Source: Stegostoma tigrinum (lineage: Eukaryota). Taken from it: DNA of 64,000 bases. The DNA lies in NCBI RefSeq assembly GCF_030684315.1, contig NC_081363.1:39974200-40038199 (forward strand), read 5' to 3'. Below, piece by piece: positions 38,121-51,500 of this stretch (positions are counted from its first letter, which is position 1; every line of letters starts with the position of its first letter). Position numbers and translations under genes: made by a program. A model generated the notes under the pieces. The model did no database searches. It saw only the letters and a program-made list of their open reading frames with translations, and was not told the DNA's origin.

Positions 38121-39109
38121 AGCATGATGATTGGAACATTTTCTAATTTTGCAATGAATCAATGTTAGCTACTCCCATCATGGATTGTGGAGAGAGTAAA
38201 CTATCATTCATCAGCGAATCCTACAAGAGCAGCTCTATTCCATTCATGTTATTTTTGTTTCCTCTACCAACTTTCTTTATTATCCGTTTAAAACAAACAA
38301 TGGAAGGGATTTGTAAGGCATTGTGGGTCACAAGAAAACATCAACAGAATAGTTATCAGTAGATTCGATACAGACTGTTGGAGGGGCCCTTTTCAAAAAG
38401 GGCAGCAACTGACCACTGATTTACTTTGGCTCGATGCCAAATAAATCAATTTGCATTAAGTTTGAAGATGAATAAGACAACAAACAACAATCAGCATTTA
38501 GAATGGAACAGCCTGTCTGATAATCTTCTTGTATGATTTCCAGAGACTGATAACCTAACTAGACAATGCACTGTCCTATAAGATGTTTCTCATCTTCTAA
38601 AAAGAAGTTAAGGAGGTTTGATAAGAAAGGTTACTGGTTAAGTTTAAAATATTGGGAATTCAGGATAAATGTGGAAGAATATTTTTAAAAACCTGTGGTC
38701 AATAGTTAATGCATTTTGTAGCAAAATGGGAAAGCTGTGAACGGGTGAAGGAATTAACATTGGGATGTCTATCACTTCTATTTTCTATCAATGACTTGGA
38801 AACAGAAACAGGATACATGATGGACAAATCTTCCCAATACCAATACAGAATGGACAAATTTGGAACTGGATGAAATATAAATTGCCAACAAATGTACAGT
38901 GTGATATTTAAAATGGATAAATGAGCAATTTCAGGATTCATGAATGGCATTGAAATAACTCGGGATGTTAATGGATTACTATTGATATTATTATTTGTGC
39001 TTATTATTATCTATTTGTGCTGAGAAACCTGTGGTGGTCTTCCTTGAACAAATGTCCTTCTTGTGATAATGAGGGTCCACAATGATGTTAGCAAGGGAAT
39101 GCCATTAGT

Positions 39110-42100
39110 GTCACCACTAGTGTCCCTGCTGACTACATCTGCAGGAAGTGCACCCAACTCCAGCTCCTTGAAAACCACGTTAGGGAACTGTAGCTGGATG
39201 AACTTCGGATCATTCGGTTCGGGAGGCAGTGGGGGTTATTGAGAGGAGTTACAGGGAGGTAGTCACTGCTCAGGTACAAGAAAAAGGCAGATGGGTTACG
39301 GTCAGGGGACGGAAAGGGAACCAGCAGGCAGTGCAGGGATCCCCTGTGGCCATTCCCCTCAACAATAAGTATACCGTTTTGGATACTGTTGGGGGGGGAC
39401 TTAGCAGGGGAAAGCAATGGGGCACAGGTCTCTGGCAGAGTCTGTCCCTGCTGCTCAGAAGGGACGGGGGAAGAGGACCAGAGCAGTAGTCATTGGGGAC
39501 TCCGTAGTTAGGGGGACAGATAGGAGGTTCTGTGGGGACGAGAGAGACTCACGGTTGGTGTGAGAGAGATAATGGGAACTGCAGATGCTGGAGAATCCAA
39601 GATAATAAAGTGTGAAGCTGGATGAACACAGCAGGCCAAGCAGCATCTCAGGAGCACAAAAGCTGACGTTTCGGGCCTAGACCCTTCGTAAGAGAGCTCT
39701 CTGAGGAAGGGTCTAGGCCCGAAATGACAGCTTTTGTGCTCCTGAGATGCTGCTTGGCCTGCTGTGTTCATCCAGCTTCACACTTTATTCTCACGGTTGG
39801 TGTGTTGCCTCCCAGGTGCCAGGGTGCGTGATGTCTCTGATCATGTTTTTGGGATCCTTAAGGGGGAGGGGGAGCAGCCCCATGTCGTGGTCCACATTGG
39901 CACCACTGACATAGGTAGGAAGAGAGATGGGGATTTAAGGCAGAAATTCAGGGAGCTAGGATGGAAGCTGAGAGCTAGGACGAACAGAGTTGTTGCCTCT
40001 GGTTTGTTGCCCATGCCACGTGCTAGTGAGGCGAGGAATAAGGAGAGAGAGGAGTTGAACATGTGGCTACAGGGATGGTGCAGGAGGAAGGGTTTTGGAT
40101 CCTTGGATAATTGGGGCTCTTTCTGGGGTAGGTGGGACCTCTACAAGCAAGATGGTCTTCACCTGAACCAGAGGGGTACCGATATCCTGGGGGGGAAATT
40201 TGCTAAGGCTATTCAGGTGGGTTTAAACTAATTCAGCAGGGGGATGGGAACCAAGATTGTAGTTTAAGTATAGAAAAGGTTGAGAGTAGGGTGGTCCGAA
40301 ATAAAGTTTCAGGGAAGCAAGATGGCACCAGCAGGCAAGAAGTTAGTTTGAAGTGTGTCTACTTCAATGCCAGGAGCGTCCGGAATAAGGTGGGTGATCT
40401 TGCAGCATGGCTTGGTATCTGGGACTTCGATGTTGTGGCCATTTCGGAGACATGGATAGAGCAGGGACAGGAATGGTTGTTGCAGGTTCCGGGATTTAGA
40501 TGTTTCAGTAAGAACAGAGAAGATGGTAAAAGGGGTGGAGGTGTGGCATTGTTGGTCAAGGACAGTATTACAGTTGCAGAAAGGATGTTTGGGGACTCGT
40601 CAACTGAGGTAGTATGGGCTGAGGTTAGAAACAGGAAAGGAGAGGTCACCCTGTTGGGAGTTTTCTAATGGCCTCCGAATAGTTCCAGCGATGTAGAGGA
40701 AAGGATAGCAAAGATGATTCTGGATAGGAGTGAGAGAGACAGGGTAGTTGTCATGGGGGACTTCAACTTTCCAAATATTGACTGGGAACACTATAGTTCG
40801 AGTACTACAGATGGGTCAGTTTTTGTCCAGTGTGTGCAGGAGGGCTTCCTGACATAGTATGTAGATAGGCCAACAAGGGGCAAAGCCACGTTAGATTTGA
40901 TACTGGGTAATGAGCCTGGCCAGGTGTTAGATTTGGAAGTAGATGAGCACTTTGGTGATAGCGATCACAATTCTGTTATGTTTACTTTAGTGATGAAAAG
41001 GGATAGGTGTATACCAATGGGCAAGAGTTATAGCTGGGGGAAAGGCAATTACGATGAGATTAGGCAAGATTTAGGGAGCATAGGATGGGGAAGGAAACTG
41101 CAGGGGATGGGCACATTAGAAATGTGGAGCTTATTCAAGGAAAAGCTCCTGTGTGTCCTAGATAAGTATGTACCTGTCAGGCAGGGAGGAAGCTGTAGAG
41201 CGCGGGAGCCGTGGTTTACGAAAGAGTTGGAATCTCTGGTCAAGAGGAAGAAGGCGGCTTATGTTAGGATGAGATGTGAAGGCTCAGTTAGGGTGCTTGA
41301 GGGCTACGAGGTAGCCAGGAAAGACCTAAAGAGAGAGTTCAGAAGAGCCAGGAGGAGACATGAGAAGTTGTTGGCTGATAGGATTAGGGTAAACCCTAAG
41401 GCTTTCTATAGGTATTTAAGGAATAAAAGAATGACTAAAGTAAGATTAGGCCCAATCAAGGATAGTAGTGGTAAGTTGTGTGTGGAGTCAGAGGAGATAG
41501 GGGAAGCGCTAAATGAATATTTTTCAACAGTATTCACTCTAGAAAACGACAATGTTGTCGAGGAGAATACTGAGATACAGGCTACTAGACTAGGTGGGAT
41601 TGAGGTTCACAAGGAAGAGGTATTAGAAATCCTTCAGAGGGTGAAGATAGATAAGTCCCCTGGGCCAGATGTGATTTATCCTAGGATCCTCTGGGAGGCC
41701 AGGGAGGAGATTGCTGAGCCTTTGGCATTGATCTTTAACTCGTCATTGTCTACAGGAATAGTGCCAGACGACTGGAGGATAGCAAATGTGGTTCCCCTGT
41801 TCAAGAAGGGGAGTAGAGACAACCCTGGTAATTATAGACCAGTGAGCCTTACCTCAGTTGTTGGTAAAGTGTTGGAAAAGGTTATAAGGGATAGGATTTA
41901 TAATCATCTAGAAAAGAATAAATTGATTAGGGATAGTCAGCACAGTTTTGTGAAGGGAAGGTCGTGCCTCACAAACCTGATTGAGTTCTTTGAGAAGTGA
42001 CCAAACAGGTAGATGAGAGTAAACCGGTTGATGTGGTGTATATGGATTTCAGCAAGGCGTTCGATAAGGTTCCCCACAATAGGCTATTGTACAAAATGCG

Positions 42101-43195
42101 GAGGAATAGAATTGTGGGAGATATAGCAGTTTGGATCGGAAATTGGCTTGCTGAAAGAAGACAGAGGGTGGTAGTTGATGGGAGATGTTCATCCTGGAGA
42201 CCAGTTGCTAGTGGTGTACCGCAAGGGTCGGTGTTGGGTCCACTGCTGTTTGTCATTTTTATAAATGACCTAGATGAGGGCGTAGAAGGATGGGTTAGTA
42301 AATTTGCAGACGATACTAAGGTCGGTGGAGTTGTGGATAGTGATGAAGGATGCTGTAGCTTGCAGAGAGACATAGATAAGCTGCAGAGCTGGGCTGAGAG
42401 GTGGCAAATGGAGTTTAATGCAGACAAGTGTGAGGTGATGCACTTTGGGAGGAGTAATCGGAAGGCAAAGTACTGGGCTAATGGTAAGATTCTTAGTAGT
42501 GTAGATGAGCAAAGAGATCTCGGTGTCCATGTACACAGATCCTTGAAAGTTGCCACCCAGGTTGACAGGGCTGTTAAGAAGGCATACAGTGTTTTAGCTT
42601 TTATTAATAGAGGGATCGAGTTCCGGAACCAAGAGGTTATGGTGAAGCTGTACAAAACTCTGGTGCGGCCGCACTTGGAGTATTGTGTACAGTTCTGGTC
42701 ACCGCATTATAAGAAGGATGTGGAAGCTTTGGAAAGGGTGCAGAGGAGATTTACCAGGATGTTGCCTGGTATGGAGGGAAGGTCTTATGAGGAAAGGCTG
42801 AGGGAGTTGAGGCTGTTTTCGTTAGAGAGAAGGTTGAGGGGTGACTTAATTGAAACATAAAATAATCAGAGGGTTAGATAGGGTGGATAGGGAGAGCCTT
42901 TTTCCTAGGATGGTGACGGCGAGCACGAGGGGGTATAGCTTTAAATTGAGGGGTGAAAGATATAGGACAGATGTCAGAGGTGGTTTCTTTACTCAGAGAG
43001 TAGTTAGGGAATGGAACGCTTTGCCTGCAACGGTAGTAGATTCGCCAACTTTAGGTACATTTAAGTCGTCGTTGGATAAGCATATGGACGTACATGGAAT
43101 AGTGCAGGTTAGATGGGCTTGAGATCGGTATGACAGGTCGGCACAACATCGAGGGCCGAAGGGCCTGTACTGTGCTGTAATGTTCTATGTTCTAT
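39110..43195 (+). mobile_element. Near full-length CR1-clade LINE (ORF1 zinc finger/esterase; ORF2 APE endonuclease plus RT), recently inactivated
   Basis: ORF1 VIGDS/PGA/HIGT/DGLHL motifs; ORF2 YFNARS, ISETW, GDSDH, NYRPVSLTS, DFSKAFDKV, GVPQGSVLGP, FADDTK; (ATGTTCT)n tail; a few stops and frameshifts (40666, ~40855, ~41998). Confidence 0.95.
39563..39789. mobile_element. Palindromic PLE mini-element (family A) inserted in CR1 ORF1
   Basis: Inverted pLTR arms; perfect 15-bp TSD CTCACGGTTGGTGTG at 39548-39562 and 39790-39804. Confidence 0.9.
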
Positions 43196-43317
43196 ATGAC
43201 CCAGCAATGACGAAAGAATAGTCATACCAAGACAAATCAGGAAACTAAATCTAAGCACAGTGAACGACATAGCCAAAATAATGGAGTGAAATCTGAAAAA
43301 GACAAGCTCAAAATATA

Positions 43318-43411
43318 AGAGATAACAAGGTGTAGAGCTCGATGAACACAGCAGGCCAAGCAGCATCAGAGGAGCAGGAAGACTGATGTTTCGGGCCTAG
43401 ACCCTTTTTCG
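43318..43411 (-). mobile_element. Solo PLE pLTR fragment (family A)
   Basis: 13-bp TSD AGCTCAAAATATA at 43305-43317 and 43412-43424. Confidence 0.85.
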
Positions 43412-44539
43412 AGCTCAAAATATACATTGTTCTGATCAGAGTACACCATGAATAATTTCTGGCCACCCTGTCAACAAGGCAGACATGCAGATACTGCTGC
43501 TTTTGTCATCTCAGATCCAGTCTGCTGCTCCCTTAACATCTTTGCATTCTCTACTGTCTAGAAACTTGCGCACATCCAAAGCATTCCTGTCATTTTCCTA
43601 TCCTATTCCATGTATCATTCACCCAGCACCCCTATCCTTGACAGCTACAATACCGCTCAACACCTTAAATATAAATTTGTTATTCTCATACTTAAATCTC
43701 TTTGTGGCCTCAACTTGCATCATCTTCATAGCCCTATAACCTCCCCCTAAACACACACTTGACTCTGATCCCTTTCCTTCCTTCACTACTGATAGTCAAT
43801 TTCCAAGTTTTATTTTATTCTCCACGAACTCTGTTCCTGTTCTTTGAAAAAGATGTGGATAATTCCTTCTAAAATCCCTTTCCTCATCTCTCTGTCCACT
43901 TCTTGCTGATTCAGTTTTTGTGAAGCACTTCGATCAAGACTTTAATAAACGTTATCATTGTGGAATGTAATACAAGAACCATGCGACAGAGGAATCAGGC
44001 ATGCACAGCAACTAGAGAAATATGAACTGTTAGAAAGGCATCATTTCAGAGGTGACCTAGATATTCGAACGAAACTTTAAACCAAAAATAGTGACAATGA
44101 GCTGATCTGGTCCGATTCCGGGAGTTTGATTTTGCTTTAAATAAGTTGCCTGTTCGCGAACGTTCTACTCAGAATGCAACAGAACTGGTGAATGGATTTA
44201 CAATCCGTCGCGTTTCAATTTATAAATAAAGCACACATCATGATTAAACTAAGAGGCGGAGCGAAGAACACGCCTATTAAAGATGATCCCTGTGGTGGGG
44301 CAATAGGAGAGGAAAGGTAACCAGGTTTGAAAGAGTTTCACGAACAGCCGCATTCCTATATAATTAGGCTCCTCAATGAACAGTTTATTTCAGCGAATCA
44401 ATGAGTCGACCTAATCTAATAATAAGTTGTTAAGAGTGTGGCCTTGGGCTCAGGCCAAAGGAAGGATGTTTCCGTCTCAATTACTGAATGGAAGGGATTC
44501 TTTGAGCCAGGGCGTCGAACTTGTCTAACAGTATGAGCC

Positions 44540-45470
44540 TTCCCTGACGCACTGCGGCCCCGGCCTTTCCCTCAGACTCCAGGCCAAGGCCCGCCCTCCA
44601 CCCTCCTGTCCAGCCTCCTCCCTCTTTTAGCCGGCCCCGGACCTGGCCCTCACCTGTCCTCCCTCCTCACAGTCCGCCTCCAGCCGCCCCTTTCCGCTCC
44701 CGGCAGCCGGTGGGCAGGAGGCGGCGGCTGACGCGTTTCCTGCCGCAGCCCTGGGCTTGGCGAGCCGTCGGAGCCGGGGCGGCCATTTTCAGCCGGACAC
44801 CCCCCTTCTCCTCCTCCTCTCCACCCACTCCCCTCCCCAAATCTTCCCTTACCCCACCCTCCCTTCTTCACCTACCTACCTCCAACCCGGCGGCCTCTGA
44901 CCTCCTGCACTCCCCTCCCCTCCGTGTGCTCTCCATGTTAGAGGCTGAGGAGCGGCGTCTGAAACGTCCTGTCTCTCCCGTCTGGAGCCGGGAAGCTGTG
45001 CGGCGGCGCCGGCGGCGCTATCTGCTGTGGCAGCTGAAGCCGGGCCTTGTTATTTGAGGCTGAAGGAAGCGAGTGGTGGGACTGCAGCAGCAGCTGCTCG
45101 CTTCTTCTTATTATTCTCCTCCTCTTCCTCTGGGGCTGGGGTGAAACCTGGCAGTCGAGTGTTTAACAGCTCCGCAATCGACAGCGCTTGGAAACCACTG
45201 GGTTTGAGTGTCTAGATTTTTGTTTTGGGGCGGGAGGTGAGGAGGGAAAAAGATGTGGACGCACCGAAAGGATATTCAGCTTTACTAGGCGTGTGTTTGG
45301 TAAACGGCTGCTGGATGTCACCGGGTACAGTCGGTCGGGCCGACTTCAGCTGAAGCCCAACGCCTCTGAACATTTCGCTCTCATGTCCTGTTGAACCGAG
45401 TCTTCTGCAATTATTTGGGCAACGGTGCTAAATTGAAACCAGGAGGGGCAATTGTTAAAAAAGAAACAAA
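44540..45470 (+). promoter_or_regulatory. MARK3: MARK3 CpG-island promoter and long 5' leader
   Basis: GC/CpG-rich, TATA-less, GC boxes, YY1-type GGCCATTTT at 44781; lies directly upstream of ATG 45471. Confidence 0.8.
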
Positions 45471-45521
45471 ATGTCTACTCGAACGCCATTACCTACGGTG
45501 AATGAACGTGAAACAGAGCAT
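45471..45521 (+). CDS. MARK3: MARK3 coding exon 1
   Basis: AAAATGT start; [17 protein letters not shown]; donor GTAAGT. Confidence 0.95.
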
Positions 45522-48500
45522 GTAAGTCATCTTTATTGGGTTACAAGACACCCCGGAAAAGGGAGCACGGGCTTATTGTACACCCACCGTATTTGTTTGA
45601 AGGACTAAGTGTCCAACTTGGATCATGGTTTGGAAACGAATTGCTAGTGAACTGGAATAAATGTTGAGTTGGGTTCTTTTGTAAAGCTTCTCTGCAAATT
45701 TTGGGTGTTTACTGTTAAGTAGTTAGCATGTCCTGATGCTTGGCTTTTTATATTTAGTCTTGCTGTGCGCCTATACTGCTTCCTTTTTTCATCTCAGTCC
45801 GTGTCAACACGGCGTGAGGAAGCCGACAGATGTCGGGACACATCACGGAGGTGTTGGATTTGACCGAATTGGTTTTCAAGTGAGCCGCTAGGTCATGTTT
45901 TTGGAATTGACCGTCCGAAAAACAAGTATATTTAAAAATTGGTCCCATCGTTATCTTGTTAAGAATGTATTGTATTTGAGGGCCGTTCAAAGGTTGAGCT
46001 AAGCGTTTAAAGCCCCACAGTTACTAGCTTTAATCTTTTAAGACGTTTAGCATGCCTCTTGCAAGATCAGAAGGTGTCATGAATTGTACGCTTTGTGTAT
46101 CGCCTTAGAGAATTAAAAATGATCGCATCATTACGCAGCTGGAATATTTTAAACAAATTCTGCTAATGATTGAAAATATACTTAGGATTATGGGGTGCAT
46201 TAAATATGTTGGTTCTGAAGATAGCATAAAACCTGTATAACAGTTATTAAAATGTTGTATTATCACCATGAGCTGAATTTGCTATAATATGTTTGTAATT
46301 CCTTTTCAATTGTGAACATGTCCAGGAAAGCTGATTTATAGATATTGTCCTTTTAAATGTATCTGCAGGGCACTGAGGTGTGTAATAGAAGAAATTCTGA
46401 TGTCTGTAATCTCATTCCAAAAATCCAAAGTGCTCTGAGCAACGAAGCTCACTTGTGAGCATTTTTGAAATATACCCACTTAGTTTTGTGACAGCCAGTT
46501 TGCGTGCAGCAAGGGGACCTGGTGAGTTTGTTGTGGAACTAATCTTGTCCAGGACCTTTGGAGGTTCTGAAGAGTGGGGTCAGTCGCTGAACCTCTGAGG
46601 TAAGATGCAGTTGAGTGAGGTTATATTCCATCTCTAGTAGTGGCAGCAATAATTAGAGTTGATGCACTTGCTGATGTTAGTCTTATGTCTTTTAAAGACA
46701 ATTACTTTAGCTTCATTTGTAATGGGAGAGAAATTGGGATTTTGCAAGAAGTTTGTCTTGTTCTGGACAAACTCTAATGTTACATGTATGGGATATCATC
46801 ACTTTCCAATATACTCTCCTTTTTTAAATATAAACTACTTGGGATGTGCTTTTTTCACAAGAACCAACCAACAGAGGTAAAAGATATTAATCTGTTTTAG
46901 TAATGGTGGCTGAGTTGCAAATCTTAGCCAGGAGATGGGAAGTTCTCCCCCTTAAACTGCTGTAAACTTACTCAGTTGCACCCAAAATAATTTGTCAGGT
47001 CTTAAAATTAATTTGGATAGTAGTTTTTAACTGTACCAGTACATTCAGTTATGTGACTCTTCTCTCTTTTGAGACAAAAGAATGTCTTGGGTTACCCAGA
47101 AACTAGCTGATTCTTGAAGTGCTGTTGAGCATGAGGCTGTGCTCACCATCACCTGGAAAATGTAGATGTGCACTCTCTCTTGATTTGTAGATTTGGCCAG
47201 TTTATGGGACAGATAGGACAAAATGGTAATGTCAATAGACTAATCCAGAGGAAAAACCAAGAACTGCAGACGGTGTAAATCAGGAACGCAAACAGAAGTT
47301 GCTGGAAAAGCTTAAGTGTGGCAGCACCTGTGGAGGAAAAAAGCTAATGTTTCGGGTCCAAGGAATGGTCACTGGAACTGAAACGTTAACTTCTTTCCTT
47401 CACAGGTGCTGCAGATCTGCTGAGCTTTTCCAGCAACTTCTGTTTTTATGTAATAATCCAGAGGCCCCAGCTAATGACTCGTGATGCTGGTGGAATTTAG
47501 AATTTATTAGCATTTGAAGTTGAAAGTTGTCTGTTTCAGTCATTATTACTATCATTGCACAAATCCCTTTAGTTTACTATAATAAAATGTGAGGCTGGAT
47601 GAACACAGCAGGCCCAGCAGCATCTCAGGAGCACAAAAGCTGATGTTTTGGGCCTAGACCCTTCATCAGAGGGGGATGGGGGGAGGGTTCTGGAATAAAC
47701 AGGGAGAGAGGGGGAGGCGGACCGAAGGTGGCGAGGGGATAGGTCAGTCCAGGGAAGACAGACAGGTCAAGGAGGTGGGATGAGGTTAGTAGGTAGGAGA
47801 TGGAGGTGTGGCTTGGGGTGGGAGGAAGGGATGGGTGAGAGGAAGAACAGGTTAGGGAGGCAGACAGGTTGGACTGGTTTTGGGATGCAGTGGGGGGGGG
47901 AGGGGACGAACTGGGCTGGTTTTGGGATGTGGTGGGGGAAGGGAGATTTTGAAGCTAGTGAAGTCCACATTGATACCATTGGGCTGCAGGGTTCCCAAGC
48001 GGAATATGAGTTGCTGTTCCTGCAACCTTCCTGGCATCATTATGCCACTGCAGGAGACCCATGATGGACATGCCATGTAAAGAATGGGAGGGGGAGTTGT
48101 TTGTTGTGAACTGAGCGGAGGTGTTCTGCAAAGTGGTCCCCAAGCCTCCGCTTGGTTTCCCAAATGTAGAGGAAGCCACACCAGGTACAGTGGATGCAGT
48201 ATACCACATTGGCAGATGTGCAGGTGAACCTCAGCTTAATGTGGAATGCCATCTTGGGGCCTGGGATAGGGGTGAGGGAGGAGGTGTGGGGGCAAGTGTA
48301 GCATTTCCTGTGGTTGCAGGGGAAGGTGCCAGGTGTGGTGGGGTTGGAGGGCAGTGTGGAGCGAACAAGGGAGTCATGGAGAGAGTGGTCTCTACAGAAA
48401 GCAGACAGGGGTGGGGATGGAAAAATATCTTGGGTGGTGGGGTCGGATTGTAGATGGTGGAAGTGTCGGAGGATGATGCATTGTATCCAGAGGTTGGGGT

Positions 48501-51500
48501 GGTGTGAGAACGAGGGGATCCTCTTTGGGCGGTTGTGGCAGGGGCGGGGTGTGAGGGATGTGTTGCGGGAAATGTGGGAGACGTGGTCAAGGGTGTTCTC
48601 GACCACTGGGGGAAAGTTGCGGTCCTTAAAGAATTTGGACATCTGGGATGTGTGGGAGTGGAATGCCTCATCATGGGAGCAGAAGAAAATCTGCATCCGT
48701 ACCTGATCTGGCCTACCTATGGCTCCAGACCTAAATTAATATGGTGCATTTTGACTGGCCTTTGAGATGGTCACTTAAATGGTACGCTCCAAGTGCTGGC
48801 CTTGCCAATGAACTCTCATCCCATGACGAATAAAAGCTGGAGACAGCTGTGAACGTGAAAAAAGTTGTAGGTGTGGAAGAAATGTCTGATTTAGAGGGCT
48901 TTTTGCTGCCAAATTATCATCTACATTGATGCTGTCTTGTTTTCTATTTGTTGAAATTTTCATCTAGACTGAAGCCATTCTTGTCTAATTTCACTTTGCA
49001 CAAAATATAACTACTGCAAAGCACAATGTGCTTCCACATTTCTTCTGCCCAAGCAAGTTGTTAAAAGATTCTCTCATTTTCTCCCTTTTAAAAATCCTCC
49101 ATTGCTTTGACCTATGCTACTTTTCCCAGTGAACTAATCCAGCATTGGCCTACTACTCATTCCACATTGACAGCTACTTCTTGAGCCACAGGAATGCAGG
49201 ACCTTTCTCTGTCCTACCACATCCCTTAATACTACTAAGATTGTTCTCAGTGTATGCTCTTCCAGTCTTATTATCTCCCATCCTAGAAAACATTTAAGAT
49301 GTCTTCATACTAGGATTCCTATAAAAATGTAAGTACTAATGGCCATCAGCACTGCAACCACAGTGTGGAGCTGGATGAACACAGCAAGCCAAGCAGCATC
49401 TTAGGAGCACAAAAGCTGACATTTCGGGCCTAGACCCTTCTTCAGAAAAGGTTGTGCTTCTGTGCTCCTAAGATGCTGCATGGCCTGCTGTGTTCATCCA
49501 GCTCCCCACTTTGTCTCAGATTCTCCAGCGTCTGCAGTTCCCATTATCTCTTATTGCATTTTGGTATCTGCACATTAAATTTAGTGGTAGGACATTGGAC
49601 ACAAACTGCAGAACTAAGCTTAAAGTCTCTAATTTTGAACAAAGATCATAATTGCTGAATTATGCCTTGCAGAAGGAGGCTGTTCATCCCACTTGTCTTC
49701 AGTGGTTCTCAGAACTTGACATGGGATGGGGGGCGTTGGGTGGTGCAAGTCAGAAGTTTGGTGCTACAACGTTTGAAAATTGTTATTCAAATAGAAACCA
49801 TGCAATGTCTCAAACATCTCCAACCCACTACTTAGCAGCGTGCTCCAAACTAGATGATTTTGCTGTGTGCTATGTATTTCACCTCATTTTCTGCTTTTTT
49901 TTGTAAAGCACTTTAAACCTGTCCCCTACTGTCAATCCCTTTTGAGAAGACAGTTTCTTCCTGTGTACTGTTAGATTCCATGATTTTGCAAACTTTTATC
50001 CAATCTCCCTTTGCTTTCTCTCAGAAACAGTCCTAACTTCTCCAATCTGCCCCCTTAACTGAAGTATATCATCCCTGGAACCATTCTTGTAAATATCTTC
50101 TGAGCCCACAGCAATAAATGTGCCACCTTCCTAAAGAGGGGTGCCCAGAACTGTGCACAAGCTCCAGGTATGGTTAACATGTCCAACATTGTTCAACAGA
50201 AACCCGTCCTTTGTATTTAATTTGCTGTTAGAGGCTGAGTTAATTAAAGATGGACTATTGCAAATTTTCAATGGAACTTTCAAATATTACATGAGGAGCA
50301 GAACAACGATTTGACTTGGGGGGTGGATTTTATTTTGGCCTTTGTCCAAAGGAAGGCCTTGCTTTCAAGATGTGTCAATAGAATAAATGCTTGCGTGTTT
50401 TTTGAAACCTCTATCGCTATCTCTGACTCTAACAGTTTAGTTTAAAAGCTCAACATTTTAAACTAATGTCCTTGTTTTCCTCCATCAGCACACATCTCAT
50501 GTGGATGGCCGCTCAGAAATTTCTTCTCGGCCAACCCGTTCTGGAGGCGCTCGATGCCGGAATTCAATTACGTCTTGTGTTGATGAGCAGCCACACATAG
50601 GAAACTATAGACTTCTGAAAACTATTGGCAAAGGGAACTTTGCTAAAGTGAAGCTGGCTAGACATATCCTTACTGGAAGAGAGGTAAGTTGGTCTGTAAT
50701 TGTCTTGACTTCTTTATTCATTTAGTGGAGATCAGCATACTAAGTTTTCTTTTGTTACAGTTTATAACTTCTCATTTCTAGTGTTGTCATATTTTTGACT
50801 CTTGGTAACACTCTTGTGAACCTCTGACCTTAAATCTCTTCAGGAAATCTGAGCGTTCTCTTGTATGCCTCTTTGTATTTCCCCTCTTGAAGAAGAGCTT
50901 AACAATTTCACATGGTGAGGTTCCTAAGTGAATCATAATGGGAGATCAAGTGAAAAGTATGTGAACCAGCTGAAGTATTTTTGTGTCTTTAAGTAAACAA
51001 TCAATTATATTTCTATCTTCATGGGTTTATAGGTAGCATACTCCTAAGTCATGCCATAAAACAGTTTAATGAAAGGATCCATTTTAGATTTCTTTCTGGA
51101 CCATCAGCTGACCTGTAGCCTGCATATTTTCACAGTGCAAACATTTACCATCCTTTTCCAACTCTCCTCTGACTCTGAAACCCATGTCAAGGTTGTTGTG
51201 ACCTTCAAGTTTAACTTCTCAAATGTTACTTATTAGCGTCAATGTTGTAAGCTCAAATTTTAATTTAAAAAAATCACTGCCTATATTCTATCCTCCATTA
51301 AGCACTTACTGCCCTCATCCGTGTTTTGTCTTTTACCTCCCCACGCATTATCTTAAATTATCAAACCTGTTTAAAGTTCCATGTGCAGTAACAGTGGTTG
51401 TGACTGGACTATTGATTTTGATATGAAATTAAATCCTGCAGGTGGGGTATCTAATGCATTTGTATGAAATAACTGAAGTTAAAACTATAATTGTAAAATG

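Noticed and set aside
41969-42655. 228-aa minus-strand ORF
   Set aside because: Antisense shadow of the CR1 reverse transcriptase
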